NCBI GenBank assembly: GCA_038134595.1
Contig: JAYPVM010000005.1
Location: 96,001 to 160,000 of the forward strand
DNA length: 64,000 bases
Direction of reading: 5' to 3'
From: Pseudomonadota bacterium
Lineage (GTDB): Bacteria; Bdellovibrionota_C; UBA2361; OMII01
Below, in pieces: positions 17,984-28,856 of this stretch. The notes under the pieces were generated by a model. That model worked only from the letters and a program-made list of their open reading frames with translations. It was not told the DNA's origin and did no database searches. Both the position numbers and the translations under genes were made by a program. Each line of letters starts with the position of its first letter. Within the stretch, counting starts at the first letter, position 1.

Positions 17984-19552
17984 TTACCCCTTCAAGGTAT
18001 ACTCCCCAAAAGCCTCCCTAAAGACATCTGATATCTCTCCCAACGTGCAATCACTCCGAGCACACTCAATGACAAAGGGCATGATTTGACTTTCGGATTG
18101 CACCACAATTTGTTTTAGTTCACTTAGTGTTCGCTGTACCAGCTGATTGTCTCGCTGGAGTTTAAATTCTTTAAGACCTTTGCACTGCCGGTTTTCCGCC
18201 CCAGCATTGTGCTCTGCAACAGCTTTAATCTCCTCCTCCTCTTCACGATATCTGTTAACACCAACGATAGTCGTCACACCGGATTCCATCGAACGTTGTG
18301 CGCGAAAGGCCGCATCTTCTATCTCTCTCTGTGGATACCCATTATCAACAGCCGCTTCCATACCACCCATGGCATCAATGAGACGAAGCTGCTCTCTTAC
18401 CTCACGTTCAATTGTATCAGTAAGCTCCTCTACGAAAAACGCGCCACCTAGAGGATCCTCACTCTCAATAACTCCAGATTCACACGCAATTATCTGCTGA
18501 GTTCTCAACGCTAGGCGGGCACTCTCTTCTGTCGGCAAGCCTAAAGCTTCATCGTATGAGTTTGTGTGAAGCGACTGCGTGCCGCCCAGTACAGCAGCTA
18601 GAGCCTGAAGTGTTGTTCTAACAATGTTATTCTCCGGCTGTTGTGCCGTAAGGGTACTTCCCGCCGTCTGCGTATGAAAGCGCAAGAGCATCGAACGATT
18701 ATCTAGTGGCGCGTAACGCTCCTTAACAAGCATTGCCCATACTCGCCTCGCGGCCCTAAATTTGGCTATCTCCTCAAAAAAATTATTGTGGCAATTGAAA
18801 AAGAAACTCATCCTCGGGGCAACGGAATCAACAGAGAGACCGCGCTTCTTGGCAGCATCAAGATATGCAAATGCATTGGCGAGGGTAAAAGAAACCTCTT
18901 GTACAGCAGTACTCCCTGCCTCTCGGATATGATAGCCCGATACACTTATGGTGTTCCATCGCGGCACTTCCTTTTCGCAAAATGAAAATAGATCTGTTAC
19001 GAGCCGAACACCCGCAGGCACTGGATAAATATACGTGCCGCGTGCAATATATTCTTTTAAGATATCATTTTGAATCGTTCCCTTTAATGCCTTCCAGTCA
19101 ATCCCCCTTCTCTCGGCTACGACCAAAAGAAAAGCAAGAAGAATGTTCGCCGTGGCATTTATTGTCATCGAAATCGATACTTCATCGAGAGGTATTGACT
19201 CAAGCAATCGATCCATATCGCTGACGTTCGCCACCGATACTCCCACACGCCCAACTTCTCCTCGCACCAGTGCGTGGTCAGGATCTCGTCCCATCTGAGT
19301 CGGGAGATCGAAGGCTATACTGAGCCCTGTAGTCCCCTGCTCCAACAGGTAGCGATATCGCGCATTCGCCTCCTCTGCCCCACCAAACCCCGCATATTGT
19401 CGCATCGTCCATAATCGCCCCCGATACATCGTAGGATGGATGCCACGTGTATAAGGAAAGGACCCAGCCCTCTCTGGTGCGCCCACTGAGAGACCTTCCT
19501 GTTGGGTTTCTTTTTCTTTTGAAGCAGGGTGTGGCTCTTTTTTTCTGACCAT
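17984..19552 (-). CDS. Methylmalonyl-CoA mutase, N-terminal substrate-binding subunit (split type, no B12-binding domain)
   Basis: PYTRGIHPTMY, MRQYAGF (Tyr specificity residue), QNDILKEYIARG, SGYHIREAG and QSLHTNSYDEA motifs. No DxHxxG domain. Confidence 0.93.
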   Translation of the reverse strand: MVRKKEPHPASKEKETQQEGLSVGAPERAGSFPYTRGIHPTMYRGRLWTMRQYAGFGGAEEANARYRYLLEQGTTGLSIAFDLPTQMGRDPDHALVRGEVGRVGVSVANVSDMDRLLESIPLDEVSISMTINATANILLAFLLVVAERRGIDWKALKGTIQNDILKEYIARGTYIYPVPAGVRLVTDLFSFCEKEVPRWNTISVSGYHIREAGSTAVQEVSFTLANAFAYLDAAKKRGLSVDSVAPRMSFFFNCHNNFFEEIAKFRAARRVWAMLVKERYAPLDNRSMLLRFHTQTAGSTLTAQQPENNIVRTTLQALAAVLGGTQSLHTNSYDEALGLPTEESARLALRTQQIIACESGVIESEDPLGGAFFVEELTDTIEREVREQLRLIDAMGGMEAAVDNGYPQREIEDAAFRAQRSMESGVTTIVGVNRYREEEEEIKAVAEHNAGAENRQCKGLKEFKLQRDNQLVQRTLSELKQIVVQSESQIMPFVIECARSDCTLGEISDVFREAFGEYTLKG

Positions 19553-19557
19553 AGAGT

Positions 19558-20406
19558 CTACTCAATTTTTATATCTTGTAATAAATCTGACACGTACTGT
19601 TCAACGTCACTGCGTCTATCGGCATCCGCTGTGACAGTAATGGACAGCAGCTTACCGTCAAATGATGTTGAAAGAACTCCGGTTGTAATCCGCCCCGATT
19701 CTGCGTCACTCTCGAATTCATGGAGCAAGAACAAACGATCTCGTGAAGAGATATGCCTACGACTTATCCACTCAATGCTCGGAATCGCTTGCTCGTAAGC
19801 GACACCTAGTGTGTCGAGCAATATATCAAGAGAGTCACGATCGATGTCGAGCTCACCAAAACGGATAGCCAACACAACTCCCTGGTCACTACTCCAGGCG
19901 GAATCGGGTCGGGGTGGTTTGCTCCACTTCTCCCTTAGCTGTTCAGTCGATAATTGGGCCAGGCCGTCTGGTAACACAAATCGTATACGTCCGCCCGCCA
20001 TCTCAACACTTCCTACGCTTGCCTCCGACTCTCCCTTCACCGAACAGCTAGGCGGTGCTATGAAAAGAGACTTAACGATCTGGCCATTATGTTCCTCATA
20101 GGCCATCTGTAAAACGATAGCTCTTGGCGAGTGCATTTCGACTACTCGAACCATTTGAAATTCAGAATCAATCTCCGAATCGTAGCCGAGACTCGCACGT
20201 AGCTCCTCCCAAGACTCCGGCCAAGCACCAAAACTACAGTAAAAAGCCTGCACACTCTCAAACAAGCGTTGTCCAATAGAAGCAGGCGCAGCGTTGCTTA
20301 ACTCCTCATTTGCATTTTCTGGCGATACGTTGTTTGAGGCAGAGCACCCAACGAGGATAAAACCCAATACTCCAAAGGCTATGACACGCTTAATTGACTT
20401 TCTCAT
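19558..20406 (-). CDS. Hypothetical lipoprotein
   Basis: Basic N-terminus, hydrophobic stretch and lipobox LVG-C. Ends 5 nt before the mutase start. Confidence 0.7.
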   Translation of the reverse strand: MRKSIKRVIAFGVLGFILVGCSASNNVSPENANEELSNAAPASIGQRLFESVQAFYCSFGAWPESWEELRASLGYDSEIDSEFQMVRVVEMHSPRAIVLQMAYEEHNGQIVKSLFIAPPSCSVKGESEASVGSVEMAGGRIRFVLPDGLAQLSTEQLREKWSKPPRPDSAWSSDQGVVLAIRFGELDIDRDSLDILLDTLGVAYEQAIPSIEWISRRHISSRDRLFLLHEFESDAESGRITTGVLSTSFDGKLLSITVTADADRRSDVEQYVSDLLQDIKIE

Positions 20407-20515
20407 TGTTAAAATAATACCCCTCCCCTATCATAAAGGTAAAGCGAAAGATTTCTGACAACTATCACCTTACTCGCGGTGTATCCAGAGGTATTTGCAT
20501 CCACATAAGGCCCAC

Positions 20516-22087
20516 ATGACTGACAACGATCCGCCTCAAAAACAAAGTTCCACCTTGGCCCATAGAAACAAAGCGGCTGAGCTTGGCGGTGGCTCCGAGC
20601 GAGTTGCCAAGCAACACCGAGAGGGTAAACTTACCGCACGGGAACGAGTAGATCTCTTGCTTGATGACAAATCTTTTCAGGAGTTCGACAAGCTAGTCAC
20701 TCACCGCTCACATAACTTTGGACTTGAGAAGCAGCGATATCCAGGCGATGGTGTAGTGACCGGAACGGGAACAATTAACGGGCGTCCGGTATGTGTATTC
20801 GCGCAAGATTTCACCGTGTTCGGCGGCTCACTTGCCGCCATGCATGCGCGAAAAATTGTAAAGATAATGGACCTAGCCGAAAAGCTCGGCTGTCCCATTA
20901 TTGGACTCAACGACTCTGGCGGGGCTCGCATACAAGAGGGAGTGGAAAGCCTTGGTGGATATGCAGATATTTTTCTAAGAAATACCCTCCTGTCGGGCGT
21001 CGTCCCACAATTATCACTTATCATGGGTCCATGCGCGGGAGGAGCTGTCTATTCTCCTGCGATAACCGATTTCATTTTCATGGTTCGAAACACCAGTCAT
21101 ATGTTTATAACAGGGCCAGATGTTATTAAGGCTGTAACCAAGGAAGACACGTCAAAAGAATTGTTAGGTGGCGCCTCTACCCATAACCAACTAAGTGGAG
21201 TTGCCCACAGAGAGGTGGAAAATGATCAAGAGTGTATCGAGCTTTGTCGAAAGGTTCTTGCCTATATACCACAAAACAACCTCGATCGCTCTCCCCGTAT
21301 GCTAAATGGAGATGCCACGGATCGGCTAACCAATGAACTTGCCACTCTGATTCCCAAGACCCCAAATTCTCCATATGACATGACTGCCGTCATTGAGACC
21401 ATTGCCGATCGGGGCTCCTTTCTTGAATTACAGCCAACCTATGCCGCTAACATCATAATCGGCTTCATTCGATTAAATGGCGAATCAATCGGGGTTGTAG
21501 CCAATCAGCCCTCAGTTCTTGCGGGATGCTTAGATATTAACGCCAGTTCAAAAGCAGCTCGATTTGTGCGCTTCTGCGATGCTTTTAACATCCCACTCCT
21601 AACGCTGGTTGATGTGCCTGGATTTCTACCCGGAGTCAATCAAGAACACGGCGGCATAATTCGGCACGGAGCTAAGCTTCTCTTTGCTTTTGCAGAGGCG
21701 ACCGTCCCCAAAGTAACACTCATCGTGCGAAAAGCATACGGAGGAGCCTACGACGTAATGAGCTCAAAACACATCAGAGCCGATATTAATTTCGCCTTCC
21801 CGTCAGCGGAAATAGCAGTCATGGGATCAGAAGGGGCTGTTAATATAATCTTCAGAAAGGAAATCGCGGCTGCAAAAAGCAGCGGCACAGAACATGAAGT
21901 TCGTACTCAACTAGTAAGTGACTACAGAGAGAAATTTGCAACACCCTGGGAAGCAGCCGAACTTGGATTTATCGATTCTGTGATCGAACCCTCCCAGTCA
22001 AGAAGGTCCTTAATCAGAGCTTTTGAGACGCTCGTGACAAAACGGCAGACAAATCCCAAAAAGAAACACGGCAATATCCCCCTCTAA
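20516..22087 (+). CDS. pccB: Acyl-CoA (propionyl-CoA) carboxylase carboxyltransferase beta subunit
   Basis: [44 protein letters not shown] and KKHGNIPL motifs. Confidence 0.95.
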   Translation: MTDNDPPQKQSSTLAHRNKAAELGGGSERVAKQHREGKLTARERVDLLLDDKSFQEFDKLVTHRSHNFGLEKQRYPGDGVVTGTGTINGRPVCVFAQDFTVFGGSLAAMHARKIVKIMDLAEKLGCPIIGLNDSGGARIQEGVESLGGYADIFLRNTLLSGVVPQLSLIMGPCAGGAVYSPAITDFIFMVRNTSHMFITGPDVIKAVTKEDTSKELLGGASTHNQLSGVAHREVENDQECIELCRKVLAYIPQNNLDRSPRMLNGDATDRLTNELATLIPKTPNSPYDMTAVIETIADRGSFLELQPTYAANIIIGFIRLNGESIGVVANQPSVLAGCLDINASSKAARFVRFCDAFNIPLLTLVDVPGFLPGVNQEHGGIIRHGAKLLFAFAEATVPKVTLIVRKAYGGAYDVMSSKHIRADINFAFPSAEIAVMGSEGAVNIIFRKEIAAAKSSGTEHEVRTQLVSDYREKFATPWEAAELGFIDSVIEPSQSRRSLIRAFETLVTKRQTNPKKKHGNIPL

Positions 22088-22102
22088 GATGGAGCAATTG
22101 AC

Positions 22103-22330
22103 ATGCAGATAAATCTAGCCCCCCCTCTTCCCGGCTTCATCAACCACAAAGAGGTTCCTTTTTTGAATTCCAAGGCTCCTGTTTCCAATGACGATTTGGT
22201 TGCAATAGCCATGGCCGTTCACTTGGTAGCATCAGCCAGCCAACATACGAGCGATTCATCCAAGAACACCGCTTATTCTTCTCTGTGGTATCAAGTCGGT
22301 TTGGCTGAGGGAATCTCACGGGGGTTATAA
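22103..22330 (+). CDS. Small acyl-CoA carboxylase accessory (epsilon/delta-like) subunit
   Basis: LVAIAMAV helix plus a C-terminal S..W...G..E pattern. Lies between pccB and the BCCP gene with a stop/start overlap. Confidence 0.6.
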   Translation: MQINLAPPLPGFINHKEVPFLNSKAPVSNDDLVAIAMAVHLVASASQHTSDSSKNTAYSSLWYQVGLAEGISRGL

Positions 22331-22740
22331 TGTCACGTTATGTAGTCGCAGTTAATGGTAAGCAATACTCAGTGACACTAATGGAAATGCGCCAGGATAC
22401 GGTCGTACTATCGATAGATGGGAAGACGTGCGAGGTGCAAGTATGCCCTGTGACGGCAGATGATAGCGCTGGTGAAAAAACACTCAGTACTGGAAAAAAA
22501 CAATCGACACCGACAAGATACAAGGCCGAGGCCCCCATGCCAGGTATCATCTCTAAGATACTGTGTTCAGTTGGGCAACTAGTAGAGAGCAACGTTGCGT
22601 TGTTAACAATCGAAGCGATGAAGATGGAGAATCCCATCTCCCTGCCGAACCCAGTCGTTATAAAAGACATTCATGTCTCTGTCGGCGACGAGGTTAAACA
22701 GGGAGTACTATTAATCACCTGCGCACCACCCCCAACGTAA
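22330..22740 (+). CDS. Biotin carboxyl carrier protein
   Basis: APMPG...EAMKMEN biotinylation motif. Confidence 0.92.
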   Translation: MSRYVVAVNGKQYSVTLMEMRQDTVVLSIDGKTCEVQVCPVTADDSAGEKTLSTGKKQSTPTRYKAEAPMPGIISKILCSVGQLVESNVALLTIEAMKMENPISLPNPVVIKDIHVSVGDEVKQGVLLITCAPPPT

Positions 22741-23075
22741 GCAGAGATAAGGCTAAACTATCTTCTGGCGGGCACTACACTTTAAGACACACGATTAATA
22801 CATTTTCTTAAAACGACCCTTTGTGTCCGCTAGCTCCGGTGGCAAGATGCAGTCTACTCAATAAGATATTCCTCTACCCTGCCCCAAATATCGACTTAAA
22901 AAGGGGCTATCGGCTATCACGCCTCGGTATAAAACTACAAAAAAAGAGGCTTGCTTGAGCCAAACAGGCTTTGTTGTGGCCAGAGTTTCGTCAGGACGTT
23001 GAGTTTTTGAATGAAAGATCCAAACCATTGAAAAACCTCTTCTACTCCGCAAAAGAAATTGTGTAAACTAAGTTC

Positions 23076-25199
23076 ATGGGAAGCAAAACAAAAGAAGAAG
23101 TGTCGCTAGTCTTTTCGAACGACGGTAGCCTCGCTATCATTGCACTCGGCAATGAAACTGAGACAGCAATCGTCTTAACCCCGACACGCATGCAATCGTT
23201 AGTCAATGCGCTCCACGAGGTGCGACAAAGGAAACCGAAGGGACTAGTTCTTCGTTCACCGACACTAAAATCGTTTTGTGTTGGCGCTGATATATCACTT
23301 ATTCAAGGGGTACGCGATCCATCTACTGGCATCGAGCTGGCTCAGCAGGGCCAAGAGGCCTACAACCTATTGGAAGACTTGCCCTGCACAACAGTGGTTG
23401 CAATAAGTGGCCCTTGTGTTGGCGGCGGTTGCGAGATGGCCCTTGCGTGCGACTATCGGCTCGCTGCAGATTCAGCGCATACAACAATAGGCCTACCCGA
23501 GACTAAGCTGGGCATCCTTCCTGGCTTTGGCGGTACCTACCGCCTCCCTCGTCTGATTGGTCTTCCCGCTGCGTTAGATGTTATTCTAGCTGGCAAGGTC
23601 CTTCGTACCAAACAAGCTCTAAGGATTGGACTTGTTGACAAAATTGTCGCCGAGCGTTCCCTTCATGAAATTGCTTCCGAAGTCGCACTTGGAAATCAAT
23701 TGATAACGAGACCAAAGGGTGGTCTCATTCGCCGCATAACATCCTCGACGCGACTAGGTAGGCTTATCACGGAGAAAGCCGCGCGCAAATCTCTCAGAAA
23801 ACAAACGAAGGGATTTTATCCTGCACCTGAAAAGGCCCTGATCAGATGCGTAGAGGGCTTGAGCCTTAACCGAAAATCTGCGCTAACACTCGAGGCTCGA
23901 GACCTTGGAGAGTTGATAGTAACGCCAGAGTGTAAATCGCTTGTACATGTATACTATCTTACAGAACACTCTAAAGCTTTTGGAAAGTCGTATCACCTAG
24001 ATAATACAAACACTCACGGCATGGTTATCGGGGCTGGAACTATGGGAGCTGGTATCGCAGGATTGCTAGCTCAGAAGTGCAAATCGGTGATTGTCAAAGA
24101 TACCTCGCTTGCTTCTCTGCAACGTGGCAAGGACCACCTCAGAAAAAGCATGGCAAAACGCCGAAGCCTTTCCTCTTTTGAAAGAGCGACGATACTGAAT
24201 AAAATCGACTGGCTCCAGTACAACTCAGAAACGATCCAGAGAAGCGATATTGTCATTGAGGCTGTTTTTGAAAACATGGAGCTAAAGAAGTCAATATTCC
24301 AAGGGCTAGTGTCTCACGTATCATCAGGATGCATCTTAGCGTCAAACACATCTTCTCTCTCAGTGAGCGAAATGGCCTCAGGCATCTCCAATCCCGAACG
24401 ATTTATAGGGATGCATTTCTTTAATCCCGTCGAGCGGATGCCTCTTGTTGAGCTAATATACGGAAACCAAACCTCTGAAGAAACAATCCAAAAAACAGCT
24501 GCGCTATCTGTTGCGTTAGGGAAGTTTCCGATTGTCGTCAAAGATGTTCCTGGATTTCTAGTTAATCGCATTTTAATTCCTTACTTAAATGAAGCGATAT
24601 ATCTTCTTGAAGAGGGATATGCGGTAACTAAGATTGACAACGCGGCGATCGCATTTGGTATGCCGATGGGCCCAATCAGACTACTGGATGAAGTAGGTCT
24701 CGATGTAGCAGCTCATGTCTCTGAAATTATGGTGCAGGGATATGGGGAGCGTATGGCAGTACCACAATACGCAAAAACGCTCATCGAATCAGGGCGGTTG
24801 GGCAAGAAAAACAAAAAGGGATTTTATGACTATTCCAGTAAGAAACCACTGGTGTGGCAAAATCTCACCGAAACCCTCGGATTGCCGGAAACAGCCACGC
24901 CCACTAACAGAGAGGAGCAGTACATTCAGGAGCGGCTTATTTTTCATCTCGTTAACGAAGCCATGAAATGTTTATACGAGGGTGTGGCAGGCAGCGAGAT
25001 CGAGAACGCGGAGAAACAGATAGATCTTGGAATGGTAATGGGAATCGGATTTCCACCATTTCGTGGTGGCGTCTTGCACTATGCTCGCCAAGTGGGCCTG
25101 GAGAAAGTTCGCCAGCAGCTCCACAGCTTTGCTGACCGCTACGGAGTGCGGTACACTCCGTGGGAGGAGACTGCAGCCTCTGCATCCAACGGAGATTAG
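23076..25199 (+). CDS. fadJ: Fatty-acid oxidation multifunctional enzyme alpha subunit (enoyl-CoA hydratase / 3-hydroxyacyl-CoA dehydrogenase)
   Basis: Crotonase motifs GGGCEMALACD and GLPETKLGILPGFGG; Rossmann GAGTMGAGIA; ASNTSSL; GMHFFNPV; GFPPFRGG. Confidence 0.93.
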   Translation: MGSKTKEEVSLVFSNDGSLAIIALGNETETAIVLTPTRMQSLVNALHEVRQRKPKGLVLRSPTLKSFCVGADISLIQGVRDPSTGIELAQQGQEAYNLLEDLPCTTVVAISGPCVGGGCEMALACDYRLAADSAHTTIGLPETKLGILPGFGGTYRLPRLIGLPAALDVILAGKVLRTKQALRIGLVDKIVAERSLHEIASEVALGNQLITRPKGGLIRRITSSTRLGRLITEKAARKSLRKQTKGFYPAPEKALIRCVEGLSLNRKSALTLEARDLGELIVTPECKSLVHVYYLTEHSKAFGKSYHLDNTNTHGMVIGAGTMGAGIAGLLAQKCKSVIVKDTSLASLQRGKDHLRKSMAKRRSLSSFERATILNKIDWLQYNSETIQRSDIVIEAVFENMELKKSIFQGLVSHVSSGCILASNTSSLSVSEMASGISNPERFIGMHFFNPVERMPLVELIYGNQTSEETIQKTAALSVALGKFPIVVKDVPGFLVNRILIPYLNEAIYLLEEGYAVTKIDNAAIAFGMPMGPIRLLDEVGLDVAAHVSEIMVQGYGERMAVPQYAKTLIESGRLGKKNKKGFYDYSSKKPLVWQNLTETLGLPETATPTNREEQYIQERLIFHLVNEAMKCLYEGVAGSEIENAEKQIDLGMVMGIGFPPFRGGVLHYARQVGLEKVRQQLHSFADRYGVRYTPWEETAASASNGD

Positions 25200-25278
25200 G
25201 TTTGCGAATTCGCAAAAATAAAAAAGAAGCGATGGCAAATAACCCCTTCTTACACGCATACAGAATAGACAGAGCTCG

Positions 25279-25410
25279 CTATCGTTTCGAGGCATCCTGG
25301 ATAAACGCATCGATTATCCCTACCAGCCCAGCTAACTCCCCGTCTTGATCGGCCTGCATGCCAAAATATACCCCTCCTAGAAAAACAACTCCCAAAAGCA
25401 CAAGCTTCAT
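25279..25410 (-). CDS. Small 43-aa membrane protein, not in the ORF track
   Basis: AGGAG SD 7 nt before the ATG. Translates to MKLVLLGVVFLGGVYFGMQADQDGELAGLVGIIDAFIQDASKR*. Confidence 0.65.
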   Translation of the reverse strand: MKLVLLGVVFLGGVYFGMQADQDGELAGLVGIIDAFIQDASKR

Positions 25411-25640
25411 AAGCAGTCTCCTATCAAACCAGGGTAAATTCCCCACTAAAAAAACCTAACCGATACACAAAACAGCCATCACTTCTGCAGTTAAGCCCAC
25501 AAATCTAACTGTACTGTTAGAGATTCCAGCACCTACTCGATCGCTTCTCGATGCAGCTTTAATTTTTCAAAAAAAAGGACCACGCCCAACAAATTCACCG
25601 ATCAACTACACTTTTCAAGTGGTTAGATCCCACAGACGGC

Positions 25641-26870
25641 TTAGCAAACATCGCGCATAGTGGCCCGAAAAGCAAAGAGCCATAAAATACTTGACGCTAA
25701 AAGAGCTGCAGTCGTCACTTGCAAAGCCAGGGAGAGCGAGCCAGAAAGATCAGCAGAGACCCCAACCACAACTGGCCCCAGAAAGCCTCCGAAAAGCTGA
25801 ATCAAAAATATCGTTATCCCTTGCGTCAAAGACTCATAACCAGATGGCGCCCGTTCGACGATAACAGCATTTAATGGAGCGACCCCCGCAAAGATAAAAA
25901 GTTCAGCGAAAGCACAGCATACAAAAAATCCCAAGGCGGTTTGTGCTACAAAGCAGATACCTAGCAATGGAACCGCAACAAACGAAGATACAACAACAAA
26001 GCGGAGCAAACTATGGTCACTGTGAACACTGCGTTGGGCCATTATCGATGCTATGTACCCCCCGCCTGTTGTTCCTAGTAAACCAGTAACAACCAGAACA
26101 ATCCCAAAATACGACGCGGCCGCTGCCTCAGAGAGCCCAAGTGAGGACCCATGCCTAACAACAAACGCAGCAATCCCGTTTAGCGCAAAGGTATTAAAAA
26201 TATACCCACCGATCAAAAACATTAGCATGGGCTTCGATAGAATCTTTTTAATTCCATTCAAAAAATCTCCGCTGTGATTGTCGGCACCTGCAGAAGAAAT
26301 TGGGCGCCTCTTCTCCGGCGCCAAACACAGAAAACCACCCGCCAACACGAGTCCTGGTATTGCAGCGATTATAAACAAGAGCCTCCAGCCATATTCAGCC
26401 GCTACGATACCACCACCAACAAAACCAAGTGCCGCACCGACTGGTATCGCCACATAAAAAATCGCCAGTGCTTTATTAAGGAAAACAGAGTCTATCACGC
26501 GACCCTTGAGATACACCGGCACAAGGGCGCCGTAGCAAGCCTCGCCCACACCCACTAAGACACGACAAACAAAAAATGATGCCGAGCCAACAGCAAACGA
26601 CGTCATTGCCGTACAAACACTCCAAAGCACCACGCCAATTGCCATAACCTTTCGTTTATCGTACCGATCTCCTAGAAATCCAAATATCGGAGAGAATATA
26701 AAATATCCCAATACGAATGCTGAGACTAAAAACCCCGCATCGGTGTTTGATAGTCCAAATTCTGCGCTCACTCTTGGCTCAACAGCTTGAACGATATATC
26801 TATCGAAATAATTCAGAAGATTGACTAACGTGAGAAAAAGAACACTACCTACCGGCATTACTGCCTCCAA
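25641..26870 (-). CDS. MFS transporter, Spinster-like
   Basis: LVNLLNYFDRY, FGFLGDRYDKRK (motif A), RVLVGVGEA and FYVAIPVGAALG motifs; about 12 TM segments. Confidence 0.88.
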   Translation of the reverse strand: MEAVMPVGSVLFLTLVNLLNYFDRYIVQAVEPRVSAEFGLSNTDAGFLVSAFVLGYFIFSPIFGFLGDRYDKRKVMAIGVVLWSVCTAMTSFAVGSASFFVCRVLVGVGEACYGALVPVYLKGRVIDSVFLNKALAIFYVAIPVGAALGFVGGGIVAAEYGWRLLFIIAAIPGLVLAGGFLCLAPEKRRPISSAGADNHSGDFLNGIKKILSKPMLMFLIGGYIFNTFALNGIAAFVVRHGSSLGLSEAAAASYFGIVLVVTGLLGTTGGGYIASIMAQRSVHSDHSLLRFVVVSSFVAVPLLGICFVAQTALGFFVCCAFAELFIFAGVAPLNAVIVERAPSGYESLTQGITIFLIQLFGGFLGPVVVGVSADLSGSLSLALQVTTAALLASSILWLFAFRATMRDVC

Positions 26871-26903
26871 ATAACCTGCAGTCTAGGGACACGATACAAC
26901 AAG

Positions 26904-28856
26904 TCAATGACCGTTCGAGGGAGAGTAAGAAGCGTTGAGAAGCTCCTTGCTCCCCAGTCCCAGGTTTCCTTCTGGAACAATAAGAGGCTCTCGACTTCTA
27001 TTAATTCCCAATCTATTTTTCGTTGCCAAAAACCGAATGCTTCGGTCTACAATCCCCCGAAACACAGGACCCGCTAGCGTCCCACCATATATGCTCGTCG
27101 TGTTTGGCTCATCAATGGTGACGATCGTCGTAAGGTTGCGATTAACCCCTAAAGGAGAGCCATCAGCAAACCCCACAAATGAGGCCACATAAGCTCCACG
27201 TTGATACCCCCTACCATTCTTCGCGGCTTTTTGCGCAGTACCAGTTTTTCCACCGACCCGAATACCTTCTATAGCGGCTCGTTTACCAGTTCCATGCTCA
27301 TCCTCGACAACCCCATACATCATTTCCCGAGCTGCCAAGGCCGCCTTTGATGAAATAATCCTCTCACCTTTTGGCAAACCCGCCTCATCGATGACAACTG
27401 ATAAAGTTGGCAACACTCCCCCATTTGCTATCGCGGCTACCGCACGAACGATCTGCAAAGGTGTAACTGCAACTCCCTGACCAAAAGAGTGCGTGGCGAC
27501 ATCAACCTTACTCCACGCCTTGGGTCGTCTTAAAATACCAGCGGATTCTCCAGGAAGTCCCAGTCCAGAAAATGAGCCAAAGCCAAAGCGCCTTAACGAA
27601 TCAAATAACCGCTCAGATCCGAGGCGAATTCCAATTTTGGACATCCCAATATTAGACGACCGAACGACTACGTCATAGAAAGGAATCACCTTGGAAGGAT
27701 GGACATCCTTTATAACATGTCGCGAAAACGGGAACCGCCCATTCTCGCAGTCTATTAAGTCTGCACTTCTAACAACCCCGGCATCCATAGCAGCCGCCGC
27801 CACAATTGGCTTCATCACCGAACCGGGCTCAAAAACTGCCTCTACGAGAAGATTTCTTAGATGCCGCGCATTTGTTTCGCTGGTATCATTAAAATTATAG
27901 CTCGGCGATTGGCTCATTGCGATGATCTCTCCAGTTTCAGAGTCAATCATCACTGCCATCGCCCGCTTTGCATTAGCGCTCCGCCGCCCTTTTTCAAGCT
28001 CCTCATCCATGATGATCTGCAAGTCGGCATCGAGAGTTAACTTAATAGATGTGCCCCTCGGTGGAGAAAAAACACCGTCCTCTCCTTTAATACCAGTCTG
28101 AATAACCTTTCCAAAGGCATCCTTAGCTACCTTCGTCTCAACATGTTCTTGGCGAAGGTGCTTCTCGAAAATACGCTCGATACCAGACAAGCCATTTCCA
28201 TCGGTCCCCACCTTTCCAATAAGGGCACTCGCGGCGTTGTTATAAGGATAAAAGCGCCTAGCCTCTGTCACACTGCCAATACCGGCTATCTTCAGGTCTG
28301 TGATTTGCTGAGCTTGATATCTGGGCACCTGTCGTTTAATCCAAACGAACGGTTGTTTCGAATTTAATTTTTTGTCGACACTATCACGAGATATAGACAG
28401 GGTCTGTGCTAGCACTTGCGCCGTGCGCCCCTTGTTCTTTATCAAAGTCGGACGCACATAAAGTGATTCCGTAGGAACCGAAACTGCAAAAGACTTGCCG
28501 TTCCGATCTAACACCGCGCCTCTCTCTGCAGCGACCTGTACCTTCATAACATGCTGCTTCAGAGCCCAGCCCTGCCATGTCTCAAAGCTAGAAACCTGCA
28601 AACTGTACATTCGAGCGACCAGGAGTCCTGTCCAAACGATCGCCACCGCACCGATTATTCTCAAACGTGCCGGGCGTTGCCGAATGACAGGAAGAGAACG
28701 TCTATCATCACCCCGCCCACCGCGTAAGTCGACACCAACCAGAGAACCTCCCGATACGCTTTTCCGCGACGTAGCCTTACGCTCCCCTTTTATTTCGCTT
28801 TGGCCGGGAAGTTTCAAGAGTATTCGAGCCGTCAATCGCCGAAATTTTGAATCCAT
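26904..28856 (-). CDS. ftsI: Penicillin-binding protein 3 (cell division transpeptidase)
   Basis: RGAVLDRNG, RFYP, EPGSVMK (SxxK), SSN and GKTGTAQK motifs; follows ftsL. Confidence 0.95.
   Translation of the reverse strand: MDSKFRRLTARILLKLPGQSEIKGERKATSRKSVSGGSLVGVDLRGGRGDDRRSLPVIRQRPARLRIIGAVAIVWTGLLVARMYSLQVSSFETWQGWALKQHVMKVQVAAERGAVLDRNGKSFAVSVPTESLYVRPTLIKNKGRTAQVLAQTLSISRDSVDKKLNSKQPFVWIKRQVPRYQAQQITDLKIAGIGSVTEARRFYPYNNAASALIGKVGTDGNGLSGIERIFEKHLRQEHVETKVAKDAFGKVIQTGIKGEDGVFSPPRGTSIKLTLDADLQIIMDEELEKGRRSANAKRAMAVMIDSETGEIIAMSQSPSYNFNDTSETNARHLRNLLVEAVFEPGSVMKPIVAAAAMDAGVVRSADLIDCENGRFPFSRHVIKDVHPSKVIPFYDVVVRSSNIGMSKIGIRLGSERLFDSLRRFGFGSFSGLGLPGESAGILRRPKAWSKVDVATHSFGQGVAVTPLQIVRAVAAIANGGVLPTLSVVIDEAGLPKGERIISSKAALAAREMMYGVVEDEHGTGKRAAIEGIRVGGKTGTAQKAAKNGRGYQRGAYVASFVGFADGSPLGVNRNLTTIVTIDEPNTTSIYGGTLAGPVFRGIVDRSIRFLATKNRLGINRSREPLIVPEGNLGLGSKELLNASYSPSNGH

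Noticed and set aside
20407..20515. Cobalamin riboswitch upstream of the mutase operon
   Set aside because: The divergent spacer is only about 110 nt and lacks the GGGAA and GCCACTG B12-element cores.
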